Shown here piece after piece: positions 18,738-28,992 of a DNA stretch of 64,000 nucleotides. The DNA is from Candidatus Spongiisociaceae bacterium. Lineage in GTDB: Bacteria; Actinomycetota; Acidimicrobiia; Spongiisociales; Spongiisociaceae. The DNA is taken from the NCBI GenBank assembly GCA_965219685.1, contig CBDCOH010000002.1, positions 2,912,001 to 2,976,000 on the forward strand, in the 5' to 3' direction. The notes under the pieces were generated by a model. The model saw nothing but the letters and a program-made list of their open reading frames with translations, had not been told where the DNA came from and did no database searches. The position numbers and the translations under genes are program-made. Numbering within the stretch: the stretch's first letter is position 1; every line of letters starts with the position of its first letter.

Positions 18738-20222
18738 GTGGCATGGATAACGAGACTTGCGCGGCTGGCGGCCGCGGCGGCGGGAGGGATCCTGCTGGCC
18801 CTCGGGTACCCACCCTTCGAGTGGACCACTCTGTCCTGGTCGGGGCTCATCGCCCTGGTATGGCTGGTGGCAACCGCACCAACCCGGAGGGTGGCTCTCT
18901 GGTCCGGGTACCTGTTCGGGTTGGCCTACTTCGCCGTCATCCTGTCGTGGCTGATCGAGGTCGAACTCATCGCCTACTACCCGCTGGCGATGGTCCAGGC
19001 GGTCGCGGTCGTGCTGATGGCAGCGGGTACGCACCACTACAAGGACGCTCGGCCGTGGGTATTCGTCCTTGCGGTGGCAGGATCGGGTGCTCTGGCGGAG
19101 TTCCTCCGGGTCCGGTGGCCGTTCGGCGGGTTCCCTTGGGGATCGATCGGAGTCACGGTAGCCGCCACACCCCTGCGACCCTCCGCACAGTGGTTCGGAG
19201 CGACAGGGTGGGGCGTGATACTGACCGCGATGTCCGCCGTAGCGGTGATGGTGGTGCTCAGGCGGATGTCCTGGAAGGTGCTAGCCGGAGGGGTGATCGC
19301 TCTGTGTGCCGCCGGGCTGGCCGGAAACCTCTGGCCCGCCGTCCCTGACGGCGACGCCAGGACGGTCACGATCGTGCAGGGCAACTCACCCTGCCCAGGG
19401 ACGCGCTGCCCCGGTGAGCGCCAGTTGATATACGAGAGCCACCTGGCCCTCACCCGGAGCCTCACCCCCGGGCCGGACCTCGTGGTATGGCCCGAGAGTT
19501 CCACGGGTGGCAGGTCCGACCCGCTCCGGAACCCGACGGTACAGGGGGCGATAGGCGCCGAGGCGATCAGGCTGGACGCGGTGGTCCTCGTCGGGGGGGA
19601 CCTCGATGCGGGACCGGATCACTTCCAGAACGTCAACACGGTGTTCGGACCGGACGGCGGCATCGTGGGCAAGTACCACAAGCGCCACCCCGTGCCTTTC
19701 GGCGAGTACGTGCCGATCCGTCCCCTGTTCGAACGCGTGCCCGCTCTGGACCGGGTGCCCCGCGACATGATTCGCGGGGACACCCAGGCCCTCTTCGATC
19801 TTGGAGGAGTCCCCTTCGGGACGGTGATCAGCTACGAGGGGGCATATGCACGGTACGAGCGACAGGCCGTGCGCTCCGGCGCGGCCTTCATCGTGCTGGC
19901 CACCAACGAAGCATCGTTCGGGGAGAGCCAGGCCAGCGACCAGTTCATCGCCATCAGCAGGGTGCGGGCCGCCGAACTCGGCGTCGACATCGTCCACGCC
20001 GCGGTGACGGGCCGTTCGGCTTTCGTCCGAGCGGATGGTCGGGTCGACGCGTTGACGGACCTCTTCGAGACCACCACGGTCACGGCGACAGTCCCGGCCC
20101 GGTCCGCCGGTCCCACGCTGTATGTGAGGTGGGGCGACTGGCTGCAGGTCACAGCCATGATCGCCTTCCTCGTCCTCGTCGCCCACACCTGGTTCTCCGA
20201 TCGCCGGCAGGCTGTCAGTTAG
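18738..20222 (+). CDS. lnt: Apolipoprotein N-acyltransferase (catalytic Cys replaced by Ser)
   Basis: PFGGFPWG, VQGN, VVWPE, Y.K.HPVPFGEYVP, ISYE, ATNEASF, TG.SA; start at GTG after TAGAAT. Confidence 0.88.
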   Translation: MAWITRLARLAAAAAGGILLALGYPPFEWTTLSWSGLIALVWLVATAPTRRVALWSGYLFGLAYFAVILSWLIEVELIAYYPLAMVQAVAVVLMAAGTHHYKDARPWVFVLAVAGSGALAEFLRVRWPFGGFPWGSIGVTVAATPLRPSAQWFGATGWGVILTAMSAVAVMVVLRRMSWKVLAGGVIALCAAGLAGNLWPAVPDGDARTVTIVQGNSPCPGTRCPGERQLIYESHLALTRSLTPGPDLVVWPESSTGGRSDPLRNPTVQGAIGAEAIRLDAVVLVGGDLDAGPDHFQNVNTVFGPDGGIVGKYHKRHPVPFGEYVPIRPLFERVPALDRVPRDMIRGDTQALFDLGGVPFGTVISYEGAYARYERQAVRSGAAFIVLATNEASFGESQASDQFIAISRVRAAELGVDIVHAAVTGRSAFVRADGRVDALTDLFETTTVTATVPARSAGPTLYVRWGDWLQVTAMIAFLVLVAHTWFSDRRQAVS

Positions 20223-20276
20223 TTGCTAGTAAGTTGGGCAAACTATCACCACTCACCACTCACCACTCACCACCAC
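20217..20276. repeat. Degenerate TAGTTGC arm plus (TCACCAC)x~4 array between lnt stop and ROK promoter
   Basis: Read directly. Confidence 0.85.
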
Positions 20277-20288
20277 TACGGTGACGGT

Positions 20289-21179
20289 ATGCGTATCGGT
20301 GTGGACCTGGGCGGCACCAAGATAGAGGCAGTCGTTCTGGACGGGGAGGGGACCGTCCTGCTGCGGCAGCGGGCTCCGACTCCCACAGGTGACTACGAGG
20401 GCACGGTGGCGGCGGTCGCGGGCCTGGTGGCCGACCTCGAGAGAGAAGTAGGTTCGGCCTGCACGGTGGGAGTGGGTACGCCCGGCTCCATCTCACCCTT
20501 CACCGGGCTGATGCGCAATTCCAACTCGGTGGCACTGAACGGGATGCCACTGGATCGTGACCTGGAGGAGGCATTGGACCGCCCGGTCCGGCTCGCCAAC
20601 GACGCCGACTGCTTCGCCCTCTCCGAAGCGGTCAGCGGCGCCGGCCGCGAGGCGCGTACAGTCTTCGGGGTCATCATCGGCACCGGGGTGGGAGGCGGGC
20701 TGGTGATCGACAGGGTGGTCCAGGTCGGACCCAATCGGATCACCGGCGAGTGGGGTCACAATCCGTTCCCCGGGGAGTTCAACTCCCGGGAGTGCTACTG
20801 CGGGCGGCGGGATTGCATCGAGCTCTACCTTTCGGGGCCGGCGGTAGCCGCCGAGTATCGCCGGGAGACCGGCGTCGAACTCACTACCCGGCAGCTAATG
20901 CAGCGGGTGGCCACGGACGGGCCGGCGCGGGCGGCGCTGGAACGATACGTGGCCCGGCTGGCCCGGGCCCTGGCCGGAGTGATCAACATCCTCGACCCGG
21001 ACGTCGTCGTCCTCGGCGGTGGCCTGTCCAATGTCGACCGGTTGTACGAGGCGGTCCCAAGGCTCTGGGACCGATGGGTCTTCTCCGACGGCGTGGCCAC
21101 CCACCTGGCGAGGAACCACCATGGCGACTCGGGTGGAGTACTGGGCGCGGCTTGGCTCTGGCCCGCCGAATCTGGCTGA
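20289..21179 (+). CDS. ROK family sugar kinase (fructokinase/Mak-like)
   Basis: MRIGVDLGGTKIE, ANDADCFALSEA, GEWGH, C.CG..DC.E, HGDSGGV.GAAWL. Confidence 0.9.
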   Translation: MRIGVDLGGTKIEAVVLDGEGTVLLRQRAPTPTGDYEGTVAAVAGLVADLEREVGSACTVGVGTPGSISPFTGLMRNSNSVALNGMPLDRDLEEALDRPVRLANDADCFALSEAVSGAGREARTVFGVIIGTGVGGGLVIDRVVQVGPNRITGEWGHNPFPGEFNSRECYCGRRDCIELYLSGPAVAAEYRRETGVELTTRQLMQRVATDGPARAALERYVARLARALAGVINILDPDVVVLGGGLSNVDRLYEAVPRLWDRWVFSDGVATHLARNHHGDSGGVLGAAWLWPAESG

Positions 21180-21236
21180 CGACACGCCCAGCAAGGTCGC
21201 CTACCATCTCTTGCAACGCCGCATTGAGGAGTTGAG

Positions 21237-21941
21237 ATGAGTGGATCCGGTCCCCGGGCCCGAGTGTGGATCGGGCTCGTGCTGGTCGTCCTCGGCGCGA
21301 TGTTCCTGGTGGACAACCTCACCGATTGGCACTTCCCCCGCGATATCCTCTGGCCCGTCATCCTGATCGCGTTCGGCGTGCTCAACCTCGTCCGGCGGGG
21401 CTCTGGCCGCTGGATCGGGGTCGTTCTGACACTTCTGGGGATCGTCTTCCTCCTCAACGCGCTGGATATCGTGACGTTCCGCATGCGCGATGTCTGGCGG
21501 CTCTGGCCGGTCATCCTTCTCATCATCGGGATACGTTTGCTGTTCGGCGCGCGGAGGCGTCGCCAACGACGACCACGCGGCCGGGATCGGCCCGCTTCGT
21601 CCCAATCAGATCACCTCGGAGCCACCTACCTCTTTTGCTCGGGAGTCCAGCGGGTAACGAGCCGGAGTTTCTCCGAGGGCGAAGCCACCGCGGTGTTCGG
21701 TTCCGCGCGCATAGACCTCAGGGATGCGTCTCTCGCCCGTGGAGGAGGGACGATCGACGTGACCGCCCTGTTCGGCAGCGTCGAGCTCCGCGTCCCGGAG
21801 GGTTGGGCAGTTGATGTCCAGAGCACCCAGTTCCTGGGTGAGGTGGAAGACAAACGCAGGCGGCCTGCACAAACGGGCAGCGGAGAGCAACTCACGATCA
21901 CCGGCATCTGCATGTTCGGCTCGATAGTCATCGATTGCTAG
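21237..21941 (+). CDS. LiaF-like cell-envelope stress membrane protein (DUF5668 + LiaF C-terminal)
   Basis: Two LWPVILI TM repeats; FG...IDLRDA, FGSVELRVP..W.V. Confidence 0.8.
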   Translation: MSGSGPRARVWIGLVLVVLGAMFLVDNLTDWHFPRDILWPVILIAFGVLNLVRRGSGRWIGVVLTLLGIVFLLNALDIVTFRMRDVWRLWPVILLIIGIRLLFGARRRRQRRPRGRDRPASSQSDHLGATYLFCSGVQRVTSRSFSEGEATAVFGSARIDLRDASLARGGGTIDVTALFGSVELRVPEGWAVDVQSTQFLGEVEDKRRRPAQTGSGEQLTITGICMFGSIVIDC

Positions 21942-22004
21942 TGGTTGGTGAGTAGTGAATGGTGAATAGTGAATGGTGAGCCACCAGTCACCAGTCAGTC
22001 ACCA
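21939..22004. repeat. Heptamer array (TRGTGAR)n starting at stop codon, plus opposed (CACCAGT)n
   Basis: Read directly; between convergent genes. Confidence 0.85.
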
Positions 22005-22007
22005 AAG

Positions 22008-23198
22008 CTAACGCTTGGCGGGTCCCCACCAGCGGGACAGCACGGAGTTGAACGTCTCCGCCGGTAGCAGCACTTGGGCGCCCTCTGGCGTGCGGTAGTC
22101 CATGACCGGGATCCGCAGTTGCGTGACCTGGGATGGATCAAGGGATCGGTAACGCCAGAGCCACTCGACAGCCTCGGCAATGGACCACCCGCGGTCGAGG
22201 CGGAACGTATGGGACAGGTTCTGGAGGGAAGATCCAAGAGCCGCCAAGGAAGAGGTACGAAGCCGGCCCGCCAGCTTGAGCAGCAGCTCGCGCTGGTGCT
22301 GCTGGCGGCTGAAGTCCGATGACCACGCCTGTCGCCACTCACCATCCACGAGTTGGCGGGCATTTCGGGAGCGGGCATACGCCAGTGCGGTGGCCCCGTC
22401 CGTCCGGCAGGAGGGCTCGGGGATGTCCAGGCCCGCCTTCTCGTCGTGTGTGGGGTACTCGAAACATATCTCGACGCCCCCCAAGCCGTCCACGAGCTCC
22501 ACGAACCCTTCGAAGTTGACCCGCACGTAATGGTCGACCTCGATACCCGTGAATTCCTCGATAGCCAGCGACAGGAGTTCGGGCCCGTTGGCGTAACCCG
22601 TGCATCCCCCGAGGTTGGCGTTGACCCGCCGGTAGTCCTCCGAGCAGAAGTTGTACAGATAGAGGTCTCGCGGGATCGAGATCAACGCCGGCGCCGAGCC
22701 GTCCTCCGGGAACAGGGCGAGGATGATGCTGTCGGCGAGGTAGCCGCTGGCATCGGCCCCGACCAGCATCACCGCGTTGAACATCCCGTCAGGTAACCCC
22801 GGGCTGTGGGCATTGGCAACCGAGACAGCGTCCTCGGCCTCGACCCCCGAGTCGTCGACGGATCCGGGTAGCTCCTCCGTCTCCTGGATCTCCGGCTCCT
22901 GTTCCTCCGGCTCCGGCAACTCCTCCACCGGGGTTTCTTCCGCCGTGGGCGGCTCGGGTTCAGTGGTGAGTGTTGCTTCCAACTCCTCGACCTTCTCGCG
23001 ACTCGCGCCGACCTCCTCGGGGGTCCGTTCCTGCAATTCGGTCCTCGCCTGGGCAGGGTCGTGCGGCTCGTCGTCCTTGAAGGACTGGAACAGCAGCACC
23101 ACGAGCGTCAGCATGAAGGCCGCCACCCCGAGGACCACGATCCAGATCACCCGTCTGACGACGCGGGGAGACCATCTGCGAGCGGCGTGTTTACCCAA
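22008..23198 (-). CDS. LytR-CpsA-Psr (LCP) family protein
   Basis: N-terminal TM, ADSII, SIPRDL, F..LVD.LGGV, ALAYARSR, SDF.RQ.HQ; TTG start inferred. Confidence 0.88.
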   Translation of the reverse strand: MGKHAARRWSPRVVRRVIWIVVLGVAAFMLTLVVLLFQSFKDDEPHDPAQARTELQERTPEEVGASREKVEELEATLTTEPEPPTAEETPVEELPEPEEQEPEIQETEELPGSVDDSGVEAEDAVSVANAHSPGLPDGMFNAVMLVGADASGYLADSIILALFPEDGSAPALISIPRDLYLYNFCSEDYRRVNANLGGCTGYANGPELLSLAIEEFTGIEVDHYVRVNFEGFVELVDGLGGVEICFEYPTHDEKAGLDIPEPSCRTDGATALAYARSRNARQLVDGEWRQAWSSDFSRQQHQRELLLKLAGRLRTSSLAALGSSLQNLSHTFRLDRGWSIAEAVEWLWRYRSLDPSQVTQLRIPVMDYRTPEGAQVLLPAETFNSVLSRWWGPAKR

Positions 23199-23410
23199 AG
23201 CGGCCGATCCGCGCCCGACCGACTCCAACCTGCAGGGCACCACTAGGCGATCCGGTATGGATCGGGCCTACCCGGGCGACTCTGCTCAAAGTGTTCACCA
23301 CCGGACCGCGCTCATATCGGACATGAAGCTCGTGCACGAAACACGAAACTAACCGTTCGGCGGCGGAGTGTGGGAATCCGGCGATCCGACCGCCAAGCGG
23401 ATGCTCACCA

Positions 23411-24100
23411 TCAGGCCAGACCGTCAATCCAGGCGTCGAACAGCTGGTAGGCCCCTTCGGCCAACTCCTGCTCTGCGTCGGCCATCCCGGTCGCGAACTC
23501 GTCGGGGTTGATGCCGGCCCTCTCCACCATCTCACGGCCTCCGGTTCTGGCCCACCTGTTGGCCTGGCAATTGTGTGCTTCGGGGTGGAACTGGATGGCC
23601 AGCGCCGACCCCAGGGCGAATGCCTGCGGGAAACGAGCGGAACGGGCCAGCAACGCGCTCCCCGGAGGCAGGTCGAACGTGTCCTGGTGCATTTCGAACA
23701 CCCGCCGGCCGTCGACTCTGGACACCACCGGATGGCGACGTCCGGCCTCGGTGAGCTCGACGGAAACCGCTCCGACCTCGGGACGGTCGGCCAGATAGGC
23801 CCGGCCCCCGAGTGCAGCGGCCAGTAGCTGGGAGCCGAGGCAGATTCCCAGCACCGGGACATCTCGCTCCACCAGGCCGCGGACCAACTGCATCTCGTCG
23901 ACGAGGTAGGGATGCTCCTCCGTCTCGTAGGCACCCATGCTCCCGCCCATCGTCACCAGTGCCCCGACCTCGTCAGCCTCCGGCAGGGGCTCCCCATCGA
24001 TCACCGTGACCTCTTCCCACTCGACCCCGTGGTGCGCCAAGCGCTCGGCTAGCCGTCCTAGGGACTCGTGGGCATGCTTGATCACCACCATCTTTCCCAT
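23411..24100 (-). CDS. Type 1 glutamine amidotransferase (GMP-synthase-like, stand-alone)
   Basis: PVLGICLGSQL, HQDTF.LP, QFHPE. Confidence 0.88.
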   Translation of the reverse strand: MGKMVVIKHAHESLGRLAERLAHHGVEWEEVTVIDGEPLPEADEVGALVTMGGSMGAYETEEHPYLVDEMQLVRGLVERDVPVLGICLGSQLLAAALGGRAYLADRPEVGAVSVELTEAGRRHPVVSRVDGRRVFEMHQDTFDLPPGSALLARSARFPQAFALGSALAIQFHPEAHNCQANRWARTGGREMVERAGINPDEFATGMADAEQELAEGAYQLFDAWIDGLA

Positions 24101-24281
24101 AGCCCGGGAAGTCTACCGCCCGGATGGGAGCCGATCAGGTGACCGGCGGCAACCCTCACCGGCACCACGTCGCCGCCCTCTCGACTCACGGCGAACCCTG
24201 ACCTGAGCGGGACGCGCGGCCCGGTCGGCGATTCCGACGGACGCGCGGAGCCGTCGGCCGAGACCGGGCGAACGGGGGATC

Positions 24282-25727
24282 TCAGAGGAGTGGTTCGGGC
24301 CGGTACGCGGCTGCGTCCGGATGCTGCCCGACCACCTGCGCGATCTCCTCGGCGACAGCATCCACCTGGGCACCCGCCCGGCCGCCCAGCCCACCGGAGC
24401 GAGCGGCCGACCGGACTTCCGCGCTGCTGAGCGGAAGCTCCGGATCACCGCCCAGAGCGTTCCAGAGATCGTGGCTTCGACCTGAACGGCGAGCCTCGGC
24501 TGCCCGGAGGGCATGGGCGCGGATCAGCCGGTGAGCCCGCTCACGTCCCATACCGGCCTTGACCGCGGCCGTGAGGACCCTCGTGGTGGTGAGAAAGGGA
24601 AGTTCGGCCTGCAGTTCGGCCTCGATCCTGCCGGGAAAGGCACCGAAATCGCCTAGGACATGCAAGGTGGACTCGATCAGACCGTCGCAGGCGAAGAACG
24701 AGTCCGGCATCATGACGCGCCTAACCACCGAGTCGCTCACATCCCCCTCGTTCCATTGGCGGCCGGCCAGACCTCCGGCCATGGTCAGGTACCCGCTCAG
24801 GATCACCGCCAGCCCGTTGATCCTCTCGCATGTGCGCATGTTCATCTTGTGGGGCATGGCCGAAGAACCAACCTGGCCGGACCTGAAGCCCTCGGTGACC
24901 AGGTCGTTTCCAGCCATGAGGCGCAGGGAGGTGGCCAGGTTCGACGGTCCGGCTGCCAACTGCGTCATGGTGCTCACCACTTCGAGGTCGAGGGACCGGG
25001 GGTAGATCTGGCCGACGGAAGTCATCACGTCGCGGAACCCGAGCGCCTTCGAGACGATGGACTCGAGCCGCTCCACCTTCGTCCCATCCCCGCCGAAGAG
25101 GTCAGCCAGATCCTGCTGGGTTCCGACTGCGCCCTTGACCCCTCTGAGGGGATAGTCGGACAGGAGGCGGTCCAAGCGCCGGTAGGCCACCAGGATCTCC
25201 CCGGCCGCGGTGGCGAGTCGCTTGCCCAGAGTGGTGGGCTGGGCGGCGACGTTGTGGGTGCGCCCCACCACCAGGGTGTCACGATGGCCCACCGCCAGGT
25301 CGGCCAGCCGGGCGAGCACCGCCGCGGTCTTGTCGCGGAGGATCCGCAAGGATCGGCGGATGATCATTTGCTCGACGTTCTCGGTCACGTCGCGGGAGGT
25401 GAGCCCCTTGTGGATGTGCTCGTGGCCGGCCAGCGTGCAGAACTCGTCGATCCGTGCCTTGAGATCGTGGCGGGTCTCCTGCTCCCGGGTCCGGATCGAC
25501 TCAAGGTCGACACTGTGCACGACGGCCCGGTAAGCCTCCACGACCCCGTCAGGGACCGCAATCCCGAGTTCGATCTGCGCCTCGAGGACCACCAGCCACA
25601 GTTCCCGCTCCATGACCACCCTCCCCTCCGGGGACCACAGGGAACGCATCGGCTTGCCGGCGTAGCGAGAGGCCAGAACGTTGGGAACGCTAGGTTGCCC
25701 TTGGGCCTCCGTCGGGATGCTCGACAT
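24282..25727 (-). CDS. purB: Adenylosuccinate lyase
   Basis: H.GLTSRD, GRTHN..AQPTT.GKR, GSSAMPHKMN. Confidence 0.95.
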   Translation of the reverse strand: MSSIPTEAQGQPSVPNVLASRYAGKPMRSLWSPEGRVVMERELWLVVLEAQIELGIAVPDGVVEAYRAVVHSVDLESIRTREQETRHDLKARIDEFCTLAGHEHIHKGLTSRDVTENVEQMIIRRSLRILRDKTAAVLARLADLAVGHRDTLVVGRTHNVAAQPTTLGKRLATAAGEILVAYRRLDRLLSDYPLRGVKGAVGTQQDLADLFGGDGTKVERLESIVSKALGFRDVMTSVGQIYPRSLDLEVVSTMTQLAAGPSNLATSLRLMAGNDLVTEGFRSGQVGSSAMPHKMNMRTCERINGLAVILSGYLTMAGGLAGRQWNEGDVSDSVVRRVMMPDSFFACDGLIESTLHVLGDFGAFPGRIEAELQAELPFLTTTRVLTAAVKAGMGRERAHRLIRAHALRAAEARRSGRSHDLWNALGGDPELPLSSAEVRSAARSGGLGGRAGAQVDAVAEEIAQVVGQHPDAAAYRPEPLL

Positions 25728-25836
25728 GCTGGACGGATGCTACCGGTTGTCCCGTCGTCCGTTGCCCGTCGTCGGTTGTCCCTGAAGTCAAAGCCGGACA
25801 ACTGACCGCCATCCCCGGCAGCCTGCTCTGTGGTGC

Positions 25837-26754
25837 TTAGACGGAGCCGCCGGGCGTAGCGGCGTCCCACTCCAGGCCGGCCATGCGGGCCAAAGCCAGG
25901 ATCAACGACTGCGTACCCTTCCTTCCCAGGCCCTGGGCCTGGAGCGATACGTACAGCTCGTGGGCCAGGGCGAGACCCGGGGCGGGCAGCTTCATCGATG
26001 CGGCCTCGCTCAGGGCGATCCCCATGTCCTTCACGAAGTGGTCGACGAAGAACCCGGGCTCGAAGTCACCCCTGAGGATCCGGGGACCGTAGTTGGTCAG
26101 GGACCAGGATCCGGCTGCACCTCCGCTCACCGACTCCATCACCGTGTCCAGGTCGAGACCGGCTTGCCGACCGTAAAGAAGGGCCTCGGACAGTCCGATC
26201 ATCAGGGTGGCAATCAGGATCTGGTTGATCGCTTTGGTGTGCTGACCGGCCCCGGGCCCGCCCTGGCGCACAATGGTCTTGCCCATCGTCTCGAAGATAG
26301 GGCGAGCACGCTCCACCGCTTCCTCGGAGCCCCCGATCATGATCGACAGGGTCCCGTTCCGGGCGCCTATGTCTCCGCCGCTGACCGGCGCATCGATGGC
26401 CGCGACGCCGGCGGCTGCGGCCCGCTCGGCGATCTCGGTAGCCAGAGCAGGCTCGGACGTGGTCATATCCACGAGGATGTCCCCCGCCGAGGCGCCGGCC
26501 AGAAGTCCGGAGGATCCCAGGAAAACCTCCCGGACGTCATCGGGAAAACCGACGATCGCGCACGATATATCGGATGCAGCGGCCACCTCGGCCGGGCTGT
26601 CCACCCACGAAGCGCCCCTGTCTATGAGTTCCATGGCCTTGGTCTTGGTGCGGGTTGTGATGGTGACCCGGTACCCGGCGTCGAGGATGTGGCCGCACAT
26701 GGACGCGCCCATCACGCCGGTGCCGACCCATCCGATTGCGGGCTTCGCCGTCAT
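25837..26754 (-). CDS. NAD(P)-dependent oxidoreductase, 3-hydroxyisobutyrate dehydrogenase family
   Basis: [37 protein letters not shown]; ATGA overlap with upstream gene. Confidence 0.9.
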   Translation of the reverse strand: MTAKPAIGWVGTGVMGASMCGHILDAGYRVTITTRTKTKAMELIDRGASWVDSPAEVAAASDISCAIVGFPDDVREVFLGSSGLLAGASAGDILVDMTTSEPALATEIAERAAAAGVAAIDAPVSGGDIGARNGTLSIMIGGSEEAVERARPIFETMGKTIVRQGGPGAGQHTKAINQILIATLMIGLSEALLYGRQAGLDLDTVMESVSGGAAGSWSLTNYGPRILRGDFEPGFFVDHFVKDMGIALSEAASMKLPAPGLALAHELYVSLQAQGLGRKGTQSLILALARMAGLEWDAATPGGSV

Positions 26755-27764
26755 GAGTCTCTCCCTCTTATGACCAGCTTCCCGTGCTGATCGCATGCCT
26801 TCATCCGCGCCAGGGCGCCGGGAAGATCCTCGAACTCGTGAACACCGTCAACCAGCACGGCGAGATCCCCGTTCGCCACCCAGGCGCTCACCTGAGCGAA
26901 GTCGTCGTAGTCGAACATGGTCGAGCCGATGATCTCCTGGTGGCGGAAGAAGAGAGGCGGCATGCTGATCTCCACCTTGGTACCGCTCGTGGACCCGCAG
27001 GTCACCACGCGCCCGCCCGGCCGGATGGAGCGCATCGACTGGTTCCACGTCGCGGGGCCCACGTTCTCGAAGACCACATCCGCCTGGCGCCGGGCGACCG
27101 CCTTGAGTTCCTTGGAGAACTCGGCGGTCGAGCGGAAGCCGGCTACGGCGCCCAACTCGATGGCGCGGGCGATCTTCGCAGGGCTGCGCGAGGTCACGTA
27201 GACCTCGGCGCCCATCTGCCGCCCGATCAGGAGACCCGCAGAACTGACTCCACCGCCCACTCCTACCACCAGCAGGACGTTTCCGGGCGAGAGGCGAGCC
27301 CGCTTGAGCATGCGATAGGCGGTCCCGTATGCCAGCCCGTAGGCTGCCGCCCGTTCCCAGTCCAGATGTGGCGCCTTGGGAATGACATTGGAAGCCGGGA
27401 CCACCACGTACTCGGCCAGCGTGCCCCATGCGTGCTCACCCAGGACTCCGACCTTCCCGCCGAACGGTATGTGGTCGGTGGTGGGGGCAAAACCGAGGCC
27501 CGGGTTGACTATGACCTCGTCACCCTCCGCCAGACCCTCCACGTCGGCGCCCAACGCGTCGATGACGCCCGCCCCGTCGCCCCCGGCGACGTGAGGAAAG
27601 CTCTTTGGCGCCGGAAGCCCCATGGACATCCAAAGGTCGAGGCGGTTGAGAGCCGACATGACCAGTTTCACTCTCACCTGGCCCGGGCCCGGCTCCGGCG
27701 TTCCGACTTCCGCCAGGGTGTAGGAGGACGGCCCGTTCGTGTCGTTGAGAATCCATGCGTGCAT
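26751..27764 (-). CDS. MDR-family (zinc-binding/quinone) oxidoreductase
   Basis: [34 protein letters not shown]; start at MHAW, upstream ORF extension is repeat/IS-end sequence. Confidence 0.88.
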   Translation of the reverse strand: MHAWILNDTNGPSSYTLAEVGTPEPGPGQVRVKLVMSALNRLDLWMSMGLPAPKSFPHVAGGDGAGVIDALGADVEGLAEGDEVIVNPGLGFAPTTDHIPFGGKVGVLGEHAWGTLAEYVVVPASNVIPKAPHLDWERAAAYGLAYGTAYRMLKRARLSPGNVLLVVGVGGGVSSAGLLIGRQMGAEVYVTSRSPAKIARAIELGAVAGFRSTAEFSKELKAVARRQADVVFENVGPATWNQSMRSIRPGGRVVTCGSTSGTKVEISMPPLFFRHQEIIGSTMFDYDDFAQVSAWVANGDLAVLVDGVHEFEDLPGALARMKACDQHGKLVIRGRDS

Positions 27765-27822
27765 GGGTTGCAGAGTAACCCACTCGAGAGGACCCGAATC
27801 CGCGTGAATGGTGAATGGTGAA

Positions 27823-27886
27823 TGAACCGCCCCGGGTTTGCCTGAGTCTCCGGGGAACTCGGGGCGGTTCATTTCGGGGCGGTTCA
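27823..27886. mobile_element. Fused IS3/IS6110-like ends (49-bp mini-element) plus partial duplicated right end
   Basis: TGAACCGCCCCGGGTTTGCCTG joined to AGTCTCCGGGGAACTCGGGGCGGTTCA, then TTTCGGGGCGGTTCA. Confidence 0.8.
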
Positions 27887-27887
27887 T

Positions 27888-27938
27888 TTGTTGGTAGTTG
27901 CTAGTTGGTAGTTGGTAGTTGGTAGCAACTACCAACAA
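27888..27938. repeat. Heptamer hairpin (TTGGTAG)n closed by inverted arm
   Basis: TTGTTGGTAGTTGCTAG...TAGCAACTACCAACAA just after the VOC stop. Confidence 0.85.
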
Positions 27939-27942
27939 GTAA

Positions 27943-28308
27943 CTATTCCGCCGGGGGCATCTCGCTGTCCACGATGCCTACCACCGCGCCGGCCGGGTCC
28001 GAGAACACCGCAAAGGTCACCGCACCGGGAACGCTCGTGACCGGCATGACGACGCCGGCACCGGCGGCCACGGCCCGGTCCAGATAGCCCTGGATGCCCT
28101 CGACCTCGATGTAGATCATCACCTGAGGCTCCCCGGTAGGCGAGGCTTCGATACCGCCGTTGATCCCCGCCTCGGTACCGGTGTTCACGAGCCCGTAACC
28201 CATCTCTGGTACCACATCGACCTGCCATCCGAACACTTCCCTAAAGAAGTCCCGGCTCTTCTCCGGCTCCGCGGTTTGGATCTCGAAATGAACTACGGGA
28301 TTGGGCAT
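27943..28308 (-). CDS. VOC/glyoxalase family protein
   Basis: MPNPVVHFEI, FF..VFGW, GINGG, F.DP.G; AGGAGG RBS. Confidence 0.9.
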   Translation of the reverse strand: MPNPVVHFEIQTAEPEKSRDFFREVFGWQVDVVPEMGYGLVNTGTEAGINGGIEASPTGEPQVMIYIEVEGIQGYLDRAVAAGAGVVMPVTSVPGAVTFAVFSDPAGAVVGIVDSEMPPAE

Positions 28309-28419
28309 GGCATCCTCCTGCGATCGCTGCGACCGGCCGCTCGTCCTGACCACGAGGCTTCACCGCCGTATCCCGCGGGAACGTGGCCTGAAATCCACGG
28401 TAGCGCAGCGAGCGACCTA

Positions 28420-28606
28420 CCGATCGCAGACGGAGAGGCACCTGGAGCCTCACCACCGCAACCTGGTGAGCCATTCCATGTCACTACCGGCCTGGCTACA
28501 GGAAGCAGCCGTCGAGTCTGTGATTCAAAGATTCGAGATGTGTTACGACGACCTCTGGAAGGGTCCTCAGGCGGCATTTGATCTACGTACTTGCTCGTCC
28601 TCGTAA
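28420..28606 (+). pseudogene. Fragment of HI0074-type HEPN / nucleotidyltransferase substrate-binding protein
   Basis: QEAAVESVIQRFEMCYDDLWK matches the family IQRFE..Y...WK signature, then breaks off. Confidence 0.6.
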
Positions 28607-28705
28607 GCGATGTCCAACATGGCGCAGACTGCTAGGTGAAGGCCGATCGGTTCGGACTTGAGGTCGTTTACTCGATCCAGCGGCCCTCCTCGCCGCGCCC
28701 GAACT

Positions 28706-28716
28706 CCCCCCCCCCC
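28706..28716. repeat. Poly-C tract (C11)
   Basis: Read directly. Confidence 0.9.
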
Positions 28717-28975
28717 GGACCTCCGGGCTGAACCGGTAGAGGAGGTGAAAGACGCGTGGCGAATCTTCCGAGTGGTTCCACAAGGTCACGGTAAATCCTC
28801 GATTGTCATGCCTTTAATTACATACTGCCTGGTAGCATCTCCACCGAATTTACACGTTATCCCGAAAGGGGACGGATCCCATGGTGCTCGTACGGCAAAC
28901 AACAGCTTTGACGCGACCGACGGCATCCGTCACCGCGATCGCCCGTCTCCGTCGCGCCACACTGGTGCACTTAGT

Positions 28976-28992
28976 CCCCCCCCCCCCCCCCC
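28976..28992. repeat. Poly-C tract (C17), 65 bp upstream of the large surface-protein start
   Basis: Read directly. Confidence 0.9.

Noticed and set aside
26751-27938. N-terminal extension of the MDR oxidoreductase (MNRPE repeats)
   Set aside because: Runs through IS ends and repeats; a -10 box supports the start at 27764.
28360-28930. Possible c-di-GMP or c-di-AMP riboswitch (GGCAAAC, GGCCTGAA...GGTAGC, GCTGAA fragments)
   Set aside because: Fragments are scattered and not in the required order or pairing; an Rfam scan would be needed.
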